From Amphiscolops sp. MND2022 (Eukaryota), in the NCBI GenBank assembly GCA_964187785.1, contig OZ076413.1:44828001-44892000 (forward strand): a DNA stretch of 64,000 bases, read 5' to 3'. Positions 27,170-37,859 of the stretch are shown in pieces (position 1 is the first letter of the stretch; each line of letters starts with the position of its first letter). Below the pieces are notes generated by a model. The model saw nothing but the letters and a program-made list of their open reading frames with translations, was not told the DNA's origin and ran no database searches. A program made the position numbers and the translations under genes.

Positions 27170-29829
27170 AAACTCTTTACAACCTCTTATATAACAACTC
27201 TGTTACTCTATTTACACTAGTTTAACTTCACCTTTTCAATACCCATAACAACCTCTGATACAGAAACCTATCTTCCATCGGATGATCCGAATATTACAAA
27301 TCTCATGGTTTCTCATTGTGACTATGCAAAACAACATAATTCGAGACAGTTTAACTTACTTAATGTGAAACAATGCACTGAAGCTCCTTCTGACAATAAA
27401 CACGCAAGTGTTAAAGCCCGTGTATATGTCCGAGCAAAAGCTAAACGCATTAAAGCTTTTAAATGTGTTGCCTATGCAAAACAAGAAAGAAAAATTTGCT
27501 TTCAAGGTTCCGTAAAGTACCGTCGTGGTGATAGAACTGTATGGAATCATAATACATTACCGCTTCCTGTTACTCTTGATCCATTAGAATGTATAAACAT
27601 TATAAGACATCTAAATGGTACAAATGATAAAAATTGAATTATCCACTACAATAAAACTCTCACACTCTTAGAAGATCATTACTTTCAAGAACAATTAGAA
27701 CAATATCAAACTCCTTTCACTGTATATCGATTGAACAGAATGTATACAGGTACATTTACTTTTATGCCTGCAGACGAAAACTGGATATATGACCCTACGC
27801 AAAACCCTTATCATAACTGTCCTGCTCATCACCAATTCGAAGTCAACCTAGTTAGTTGGCGCTTAGAAATTTCTGAAGTAGAACTCACTTATGATGATAC
27901 GTCTAATGATATGATCAAAGATGGACATACATTACCCTGCTATTTTGCAGATGGTTTTTGCAAACCTACACGAAACGAAAACCCCTTTTACTCTTGTTTG
28001 GTTTAATAATGACTATTGCTTAATTTTCACATTACAAGACTTTATCGGTCGTATGACTAAAATCGAAGACAGATATTGGATTGAAACAGACTCTTTTGTA
28101 CATTCTCCACACTCAATAAAACCTAAAAAAACTTCTGGTATCAAAGGTACAGAACATCCATATGTTTATGCTCCTCATACACAACATCCAATTAACCCAA
28201 GTCTTTCTTGTTTTGAAGTTTTCCCTACAGCACCAACTGTTTTTGGTAAACCTGACCCACTTCATTCTACACAATATTCAGCCCTTTTTGTTACATACAC
28301 TGATGGTTTCAATATGCATACAGGACAACCCAATCCTCATTCTATGATTGATGAATATATTTCTGGCAAAATAGTATTAGACGCTTCAAATAACAAATTT
28401 GTATTCCCCGCATTAAATGTTTCAAATAACTTCGCTACCATTGACTATGACGCACATATAAATACAAAAATCGATTACACTATTAACCACGTTTTTCGAT
28501 CAATGACAGTACAAGAACTCAATACTCTTCATACAATATGTGAATTAGAACGAAACCAACTTCTTACAATATTCGCAATGTCAGTACAAAGTCTTCAACT
28601 TGCTGGCTTTCTTTTAACCGATAATCGAAGTAATTTCTTTTACGTCGAAGGCTCAACCGCCTGGCTTTATCATTGTCCTCATTTCTTATTACCTTTATAG
28701 AAAGCTGATAGATGCGCTTTGACCGTATACCTATCCACTTTAAAGATACTTTAATGTACGTTGATCCTATTACAAGACAAACCTATGACTATGCTACACC
28801 AATTAAATCCAATTACATGTGATAATAATCCACGTAATATTATTGAACTAGATCCTGATTCAGACGATCAAGATTTTTACATTCTTGGACCTGAACCTAT
28901 TAAACGTAAACCTCCACTAATGTTTACACCTTCACAAATTGAAACTAAAATACGCCCTAACACTTTTACAGCTCAAGATGCTGGTATATATTCTAATGCA
29001 GAACTTGATCAATTTTGGAATCGTATTTTATTTTCCAAACATTCTGATTCTACACTTCAGTTACTAGGCAAAGCTCTTAGTTACTCTTTCTTCACATCTA
29101 ATACTCCTATTGATGATGCAGATTCTCCTCAAGATTCTGGTAATCCTTATAACACACTACGTATAGAACTACATGATAAACTCTTGAATTGAACTCTTTT
29201 TACACCTACATGGTTTTCAGATGCTTTTATTGCACTTTTTGGATATCCTTGTTATATTCTCACACAATGTGGTATATACTTTTCTACATTCCTTTTTGTA
29301 CAAGCTACTCTTACACTCATTGTCAAACTTTACAAAACAATATCTATCAAAAATAATCTAAAAAATAATATTACTTTATTTAGCTCTATTGCACTTGGTT
29401 TTTTTAATGTTCTTACAGCACGAATGGTCAATGACCTCAATGAGACTCAAAACAAAAAACCCAAAAGTACACTTTTAAAATCCAAATCCTTAGATAATTT
29501 CATTTACACTTCACCAAATTAAATTAATCATTCTACTGATGTTACTTCCCCTCCACCTTTCTATACTAAACGTCCTAACAAACTTCAATTTCCTAAATTT
29601 CTTGTTTACGAAACGACACCACAATTCCCACCAAAAAACTGCTCCACTTCCTTTCTCTCCTGTTCAACATCCTCCACTTCCTAATTATACTCATAAAAAC
29701 TTCCATCCGAATGACAATCTAACTACTCAACATGACACAATAATTAACGATTCTGTCACCCCTACTACGGATACACCAATTAAAATCTATTCGCGAATAA
29801 ACTATCCCTTTCCTCCTCCATCTTCTTGA
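27170..29829 (+). pseudogene. env: Envelope-like glycoprotein, class III fusogen-like (chuvirus G / herpesvirus gB-like), full-length but disrupted
   Basis: Hydrophobic leader TLLLYLH*FNFTFS, Cys-rich ectodomain (HCDY..LLNVKQC..FKC..KIC..LEC) and NxT/S sequons. Long helix LHTICELERNQLL..LAGFLL..WLYHC, then AGIYSNAELDQF. Hydrophobic TM segment at ~29220-29335 and a Pro-rich tail. Confidence 0.75.
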
Positions 29830-30104
29830 ACACTCTTTCAGTCTTTTTGCGAACTCTCTTCCAGCACACTTGTCTACTCCTTCATCTCTTCACAATTGCT
29901 ACTCCTCCACCTCTTGAAACTCTTGTAGAAGTTCATCTTCCTCAATCAAATAACACATCTCTCATCATAACCGTCTTCAAAAACTCTTCAACTAAAGTTG
30001 ATAAATCCACTCGTTAGTGTCATTTAAAGTACTATAACTTTAAAGTGCTAAGGCCTCTTGGAATAGATAACACTGTGATTGTTGATGTTTTTCCTTTAAA
30101 CACA

Positions 30105-31169
30105 ATGACACAAGCACAACTTGATCTACAAAAACAGCTTGAACAAGCAAACCCAGCAGATCTCACAACTAGACCTCTAAATGATTCTCCAGTTCTCTAT
30201 ATCGAGACTTCTGAACAAACACCTCCAACTTTTCTTGAACAAATGGAACACACAAAAGTTGAACACGAAAATCCGAAAACTACTACTCCACATGATGATA
30301 CTGATCATACACAAACAACACCACCTCCTCCAAAAAAGCGATATGAGATCATGAAAGATCCTGTCTTTCTTTCTTCACCAATATACCCTCCTTCAATGCC
30401 TTCAAAAATTTCGCTTTGTAAAAATCGTGATGATCATTTGATCCCAATTCTTTCTCATAGCGATATCGTATTTGAAGCACAACTAACTTCTCTCTATATG
30501 CATCCGACTTATTATTCATTCCGCTTATATGACAAAAATCAAAACTTTTTCACATCAATTGCCTCCAAAATTATGGGTCCATACCAATATTAGCTTGATA
30601 ATGGAGTCAAAACATTCTCTCTACAATTTAACTTTCTCCGCCCATCTATCTACGATCTCAAAACAGATGAATCGGATCCATCTTTCTTTTCTATTCCACA
30701 GAAAGCTACTCATCATCAACTGTACACTAAATTCCTCCAGTACACAAAACCACAAAATCACATTTTCGTCAATTATAAAGATACATCACCGTTCACAATG
30801 ACCAATATGTTCACTCTTGATCACTCTTGTATAACAGGCTACCTTCGAAACTATGACCCTATAAAACAATACTTCTGTTTGCTTCCGTACAATAATACTT
30901 CACGCCCACTTATTGTACCTCAAGAATACCTCATACATTACGATGACTTTTTGTTGCCTTGCAACCTTCCTATTCAAATTGCTAAACCTCTCACTGTTAT
31001 TAAACACCTAGTATCTTCTTCACTTGACGATAAAGACAGAACCTACTATACAGCTCTCTACAAACAAACGTACTCTTACAACGAACTTCTCTTCATTTCT
31101 GCAAAAACTATTTTTTTATGTTACAAGCTGAACGAAAAACCGAACATAAATCACACTCTTCACCTATAA
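30105..31169 (+). pseudogene. Accessory ORF A downstream of env (~350 aa, one internal TAG), unknown function
   Basis: ORFs 30045-30593 and 30798-31169 are in the same frame, and the sequence between them is open after the single TAG at 30591-30593. Confidence 0.6.
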
Positions 31170-31885
31170 AAAACGCTCCTGACAAACTTTCCTCTGTCCT
31201 AAATAACCGAACACTTCGAGACATGACAAATTTACTAGAACCATATTAACGAAATCCTTCTGAAACATCTATCACAACACTCAAACATATACTACACTGC
31301 TATGACAGAACACACAAACTTCTACAGACACTCGATTTAGACTCTCAACGCATCACCCAATCATCGCAAACAATTCAATCTGCTTTTGAAACTATAACTA
31401 TTCTTTTTACCTCAACTAATCTTCATTAAACTCTCCTACAGGTAATACAAAATTTTTGATTTTTCTTCTCTGGTACACTCTATGGTACATCTTTGGCACT
31501 ATATCAAAGGTATTTACATTTTCACCTACCTAATCAAGGTAATACCTTGTTTTTCTGAATGAATTCTCAGGACTATCTTTAAAGTACAAACTTCTTTCCT
31601 ATACTACATGTCAAACATAACTATTTTTGTCTAAAACACTACGCATAACACAATGGTACAAAAATTACAAGACGCATAAAACAATGGTACAAGAAATACA
31701 AGACGATATAGCACAAAACTACGTATGATACATTATAGCACCTTTTTATATGGTACTTCTCTTCTATTGTCGTTGTCAAATTTCTTACAATTCGTGTGTT
31801 TTAGAAACATCCATTCTTCTTCCTCCTCCTTCCATACTCTTTCAGAACATCTCCACTTCTTCTTCTTCTACAGGACACTCTTGCT

Positions 31886-32338
31886 ATGGCTCCCAACGCT
31901 GAAGTAGAAGATATAATAACTATGACTGCCAGTCGATCAAAAGTTCATAGCCTCAAAGCAGCTATTTTTTATACAATGGCTTCTAAGCTTTCTCTTGAAA
32001 TCAACAAGAACAAGATCGCACCCAAAACTATCATTGCTTTTCTCAAAGTTCTCTACGACGTTGCCCAGATCAAGAACAAAAAAATAACCTTTGAACAGTA
32101 CTTTTGAATTCATTTAGCTGTCCCAAAAATCGCAATCTGCGAAACTGCATCAAATGCTGTTTTCGTTTTGAATTCCGCATTTACATCAAAAGATCAATAT
32201 TTCCACACTGCCATACAAGAAGCAATCATCGCCTTCAACAACTTTCTCAAAGATTTTGGGTACACCCAAACCATTGACTACTACGACCCGCATGTGCATC
32301 AAGCACATCCTCCGCCGCAACATCCTCTGTTTCAATAA
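31886..32338 (+). pseudogene. Accessory ORF B downstream of env (~150 aa, one internal TGA), unknown function
   Basis: MAPNAEVEDII..FEQYF*IHLAVPKIAICETASNAVFVLNSAF..HPPPQHPLFQ*; the frame stays open for 76 codons after the TGA at 32105-32107. Confidence 0.55.
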
Positions 32339-34848
32339 CTAACAAAAAACTTTCACTCACTTTCATTTACTCTTCAACTACATCTCGTCTTCATTCCTTC
32401 ATCCTTCTTCGATGATGTCCCGAAATGTGGTTGCTGATCACTCCTCCAAAGAACTTCGCTGACACTTCTCACTGCTTCATGCACACCCACCAGATGGTCA
32501 ACATCATCCATCGCCACTGGGTTCTTCCATCTTAAAAACCTGCTTCTGCCTCTGTCAACTGGTCTTCACAATCGTCACTGCAATGCTGACTTCTTTCAAC
32601 TTGACTGGTCTTCTCACTTTGCTCCACTGAACTGGACTCAATTCACTTGCAATGAACTGAACTCGCCGTACTTCACTTGCCAATTTGAAACTATTTTCTG
32701 CCGTAAATGTCAAACTGTACCTTATTAACCTCAATATAACTTTAACTTAAAATATATAATCTTATTTATTGCTAATTCAAAATATAATCTTAATAACGCA
32801 TAATCTTCTTTAATCTTACTCTTGCATATTATTATTACCCCCCTCTGTTGCTAAACCCCCACAAAATTTCATCTATAATTACCTTTGTAACCACAAATTA
32901 TATTCCCAAATTATATCCCCATTGTCATGTGTATAATACATCTATTTAACAATTCTATAATCCACATCTTTCACAGAACACAAGTCATACCTATATAACA
33001 AAAAAGTTTCTAAGATTTTTGACAAAAAATTCCTCTTTTACAAAACATGTTCTACACCTTTCTTTTACTTCCCAAAAGCATTCCCCAAGAATTTTCCAAA
33101 TTTTTCTTTTGACCATTTCGAAACTCTAACTTCTCGTTTTCCAATGTTTGAAACTTGCTATTGCCAAAGTCCTTTTATTTCAAGAACTTTTTGCTTCTGC
33201 TTTACTCTTCACTTTCGTTGAAATTGAACTCTCACTAGAACCTTGACTTTTCAAAACTTCTTCACTTTTGGTTCACATACCCGCCAATGTTGGTTCACAA
33301 CTCATTGACAACATCACGCTTTAATTCTTCAACTTGAAAAGTTTTCAATGCTGACTAACTCATGTTGATGAAAATTGTTTCAAACAAGCCGATGGCTGAT
33401 ACGAAAAAGAAACATGAAATAGTAAATAGTTGTCAACAATAATTTGACCGAAAACTGTCAGTCAAAGAAACTGAAGGAACTTGAACCTTTTTGCACCAAT
33501 TGAATCGTCTATGACGTAAGAAGTCAAATCGTCTAAGGTTGTTCTCACTCCTTAAGCATGGTACATTTCAGAACGAAACTCATGCCTAACAACTATGAAA
33601 CAAACCCATGCACATAACATCTGAAATAGAAACCTTAACTTTTGAGACAAAAACTTTTAGAACTCCTCAAACCCAAAGTGCATATATGTAATTTTATTTT
33701 TAAATTCCCGGTTGATTGTGATGCCATGATGCATGTCCTCAAAAATTCTTTAAATTTGAAATAGCTTGAACTCCTAACCCAAGGCAGATGTAATTCTATT
33801 TGAAAACTAATTATTATAGAAGAAACTTCATTTAATATATCCTTTAACAAGCTTCTTAGATTCATCCTGTTGCTGTCACATTGTTAATTGATGAAACCTA
33901 CCCTAGTTAATAGAATATATCTACTCGGAGAAATTGAGAATTCATCCTGACGATCGGTCTCTTCTCTAACGCTCCAAGAACTGAGATCTCAGAAAGATTG
34001 AACTTTACAACTAGCTAGCTACACGACTTAAAGTAAGACGACTCCGCTGTTAAAATCTTAGACTTCTTATGTCAGTAATAAAACATCTTAAAGAAACAAC
34101 CACACAACTTTTTCACAGCTCATAACCCTATAACCCCAACTGTAAACTAAAAACTGCAATGTAAAATCAGGATTATTATTGATTAAACACGCTTTGGAAT
34201 ATAATAAAACTCAAAGATAGCGGTTGCAGGGGTTTTTAAAACGATGAATACAGAACGGAATGAGTATTTCAGTGAACTAGACCCGGTCTCATCGAAATTT
34301 TCAAGAAAGCACACTTGTTGTATGCACGCTCGCTCCGCCGTCGAAAAGACCAGACCCTGTTCGACCTAGCTGAGCAAGACGTCCACTGGCACTAGTAAAG
34401 GTAAAAATGTGGTCTTAAAACACTGTTCCCTGATGGTTGGGATTTCTGAATCTGGTGTATAGCTTTTGCTTCCGTTTTTTGAAGTATTTTCAGAGTTTTT
34501 TTCATTATCCGTAAAAAAGGATGTGGGACGTTTCGGCAAGAAATGTGTCGCTGAAAAGTCTGTCACCGAAACCTCCAGTTCTCCTCCCAATTACAAATTA
34601 CTGTGAATATATAAACACCAATCATTGATTTCTGCGTAAATTGGAATATTGTACCTTGCATACTTGGACCATTGTTATTAATAGTTTCGCCCGCACAAAT
34701 TTAATAGTTTCCGTGCCCACAAATTTATTTAGGGGAGGAAAATCATAATGTGTTGCGTTTTTTTAACGAATTTTGTCAAATCTCCACTTTTTACTCCACT
34801 TTCTAATCTTTATCTTAGGAAAGGAGCTGCTACTTGGCCCAGCGTGCT

Positions 34849-35290
34849 TTATCCGAACGTTTAACGTTATATACGAAGTAAATTGCGTTTTACTAAGAGG
34901 AAACGGATGTTCGAAAACATTGCGCTATTTCCGAATTTTTGACGTTATATCCGAACTATACTAAAGAGGAGGTGGAGATTCAAAAAAAATGTGCTCTCAT
35001 TTGTCCCACCACTTTATATCCGAAATAAATTGTGTTTTACTGAGAAGGAGGAGGAGGAGGAGGAGGAGGAGGAGGAGGAGGAGGAGGAGGAGGAGGAGGA
35101 GGAGGAGGAGGAGGAGGAGGAGGAGGAGGAGGAGGAGGAGGAGGAAGAGGAGGAGGAGGAGGAGGAGGAGGAGGAGGAGGAGGAGGAGGAGGAGGAGGAG
35201 GAAGAAGAGGAGGAGGTTCGAAAATATTGCGTTACATCAGAAACTTGACGCTATACCCGAAATAAATTGCGTTTTACCAAGGAGGGGGTA
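34849..35290. repeat. Degenerate ~70-80 bp minisatellite containing an expanded (GAG)n tract
   Basis: Recurring TATATCCGAA.TAAATTG.GTTTTAC.AAG.GGAG..GTTCGAAAA.ATTGCG units at ~34868, ~34947, ~35015 and ~35252. Confidence 0.7.
35047..35216. repeat. (GGA)n microsatellite, ~170 bp
   Basis: Read directly; three GAA interruptions. Confidence 0.98.
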
Positions 35291-35958
35291 AATTTTTGAT
35301 TAAGTGTCTACAGTTAGGCAATTGAAAGCAGAAAATATCCCGGTGCACAACGGGATATTTGTTTAGTAATGAGACCTAATACTTAAAAACTAAAAACGTT
35401 TTCCTAGCAGGGCGGGAACGTCTCAAACCGGCGCCCACTTAAGGCTCAAAAAGCGCAGAGTTTTTCAAAGACGCTCAGGACTTTTTGAAATTAGGAAACT
35501 TAATTTAAACTGTCGAAACTCCCACAGGTTTTGTGCTGGCACCAATAGGTTGGCTTGTTTTCGAACCTCAGCTCACTTTCTCCACTTGATTAAAACGCAA
35601 TATAGTTCGGATATAACGCCAAAATTCTCAGTGTTAAAAATTATCGGTAGATATATATTGAAAGAAACCTAATTCCAGAGGAAAAATGATAATCTTGAAA
35701 CTCATTAAGTTCCCAAAAACGTACGATGGAACTGTTTGTGAGTTTTTAACATTCAATATATTACAGAATATCAAGAATATTGAAGGCGATTCTCTGAAGA
35801 CCTTAAATCGTTTTCGAGAAAAGTGCCGGAAAATTCGACTAGAGGACCCTTTTGTCTTGTCAGGTTTTGTTCGTTACAAGGAAGACGAAGGCAAATAAAT
35901 AGTTTGTTTTTCGAATTGCCATAGTAGAACTTCACATGGAAAAGCGCATGATCTATTT

Positions 35959-36410
35959 TTAGTCGGTGCTTCATGAAATGAAACGCGACTTATGGTGACT
36001 CTTTTCTTCAATCCACACCAACTGACCAAAATAGTCTTGAAAGTTTTACAAAATGTAACGGTCCCAAATTGGATCATTTGGCCTAGCGAACTGAACCAAA
36101 AACGTTTTTCTTTTTTTCCGTGTAACATACAATACTGAGACTGTCCCCTTCCAGTTTTTTCGGCCTTGTGAGACCTTTTTTTGGAAAACTTTGTCTCACC
36201 AAAGGGTATATTTTTGATTCATTTTTCAATTTTTTGATGTTTTGCAGCAGTGGATGTTAAAAAATTCGAAAGGGTGCCTCTTTTAGCGCGCCCAGTTTTA
36301 TGCACGTCAATTCGGTCCAAAATTTTGGGTTTTTCAGGTACTGTAAAAGAGAATACTTTGACACTTTGAAGTCCTTTTGCGGTTTTGAGCCTCAGATAAG
36401 GCGCCGTTTT
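35959..36410. mobile_element. Helentron/DINE-1-like non-autonomous element (diverged copy)
   Basis: TAGTCGGTGCTTCATGAAATGAAACGCGACT start and TTTTGAGCCTCAGATAAGGCGCCG end, aligning with 52646-53129. Confidence 0.7.
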
Positions 36411-36913
36411 GTCTTATTTTAGATATCTTCCTATACAAATATATACAAAGACGACCGCTAAGCAGCGGGATATTTTCCGCCCTTCTCGCCTTCACCTGGG
36501 AGGGGGGAATAGGATCTAAAAAATAGGATAATAGGATCTAAAATTCAGTGATTTTAGATCTTATTCCCTTTAGATCTTATTCACGTCCTGAAATTTTAGA
36601 TCTTATTTCCTCTAGATTTTATTTCTTTTTTTTTAGCTTTAGATATTATTCCCCCTCTAAACTAGTCAGAGTCAAGTGGATAGATAGTCAAGTGGTAGAG
36701 ATAGACACGTGGATGGAGATATTCAAGTGGTATTTTGGCAGAATTTGGAAACAACATCACAGATCATGATTTTTCTCCCTCCCTCATTTATAAAATGTGG
36801 GGTCGGAAAATTATAATATTTCAGATAGATGTAGATATTTGCAAGTTGTTATATAAATCTATCGTAGAATAAAATCTAGTTTAGATATAGACAAAATATC
36901 TCTTTTAGATTAT

Positions 36914-37496
36914 CTGGGGTGTGGAACCGTGCGGGTTGAATTGAAATTACGGTTTACGGGTTATCGTCTACGATTTACAGTTTCAGGATACGGTTTCAAA
37001 AAACACATTTGCTTCAGAAATATATTTTTTTCATCAGTGGCACTCATCTTCCTTGCCCCAAAATGGCAATAAGGGAACGCCCTCTGCAAATTAGAGAGTA
37101 CAAAGGAAATGTACATGTAATTCTGGGAACTTTACAGTATGAGTCGTTAGTACGCGTGACTTTTTAATCGCCGCGTTTCGTAGGAAACACAGACTATAGC
37201 AGTGACTTTTCTTTCTTTTCATTTTTTTAGGACCAACGAAGTGATAGATTTCATGAGCTTTATAAGCTGCGTCCACTAACTGCCACACTTGTAACTTCTA
37301 CTGCCATTTAGCATAGAGCTCATTTAGGATAGTTTTGATGTCTGCCAAGTAGAAGGACGTGGATTCGAGTCTCACCCTTGAGCAATTTTTTTGTGCGTGA
37401 AATTTCGGCTTTGTGAGACTTTTTTAATGTACGGTTTACGGGTTACGGTTTGGCACTACGGGTTTCGGTCCACTGTCTGAAACTCCCACACCCCAG
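36914..37496. mobile_element. MITE with 11-bp terminal inverted repeats
   Basis: CTGGGGTGTGG (36914-36924) and CCACACCCCAG (37486-37496), with subterminal TTACGG repeats. Flanks TAGATTAT and GAAATTAT are an imperfect 8-bp TSD. Confidence 0.6.
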
Positions 37497-37859
37497 GAAA
37501 TTATATCTTTTTAGAAGAATGTTTCTTTCACATGTGAATCAATTAGCACAATACTGCACAGCTCAACACATTGTCAGCAGTAGTGTGACCGATTGAAATA
37601 CAAACCCACACAAGGTGAAGCAATGCAAGCTGCTGCAAACACTGCGTACTGCATCACTGTGCACTGCGAAGTAATTCAGTCAGGATGATGCGCTCTCAGT
37701 AATCGCTATTACGTTAACATAAATTTATAACTAGGGGTGGGTTTTTTATGTAACTCAAATACCTAAAGTATGTACCAAAATATGCGAAAAAATTTTTGAA
37801 AATATGTCAAAACAAGTGTAAACTAACTGGAAATTTTATTCCACATAACGACAAGATGA

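Larger units (their letters stand above)
19683..28299. repeat. Tandem duplication of a 4309-bp unit (19683-23991 and 23992-28299) spanning integrase to mid-env
   Basis: The junction TTGTTACATAC|AAACTCTAACACCCC at 23991/23992 joins env sequence to pol sequence. ORFs recur at offset 4309 (20030/24339, 20952/25261, 22233/26542, 22996/27305). Confidence 0.97.
13000..34117 (+). mobile_element. Giant env-bearing Ty3/Gypsy-type LTR retroelement (endogenous retrovirus-like), degenerate, 5' end in the gap, 3' boundary approximate
   Basis: Collinear gag-PR-RT-RH-IN, then a glycoprotein and further ORFs, all on +. Uniformly G-poor, C/A-rich plus strand from 13000 to ~33300. AATAAA at 34077 and a ...TTCACA candidate end at 34117. 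Confidence 0.85.

Noticed and set aside
23992..28299. A second, independent retroelement inserted in the first
   Set aside because: It starts mid-pol without an LTR and shares the same lesions, so it is a tandem duplication.
13258..32338. Alternative genetic code (TGA read as Trp), suggested by in-frame TGA codons in gag and ORF B
   Set aside because: TGG is used for Trp throughout, and TAA/TAG stops (18776, 19967, 30591) and frameshifts also interrupt conserved domains, so this is ordinary decay.
33363..34117. Formal 3' LTR call for the giant element
   Set aside because: A TG start, AATAAA and CA end are present, but I see no polypurine tract, and the 5' LTR needed for comparison is lost in the gap.
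34989..35291. Poly-Arg and poly-Glu ORFs
   Set aside because: They are translations of a (GGA)n tract inside a noncoding minisatellite, and the flanks are not protein-like.
37300..37392. Functional tRNA gene (also ~47850-47910)
   Set aside because: Only box-like motifs; I could not fold a convincing cloverleaf.
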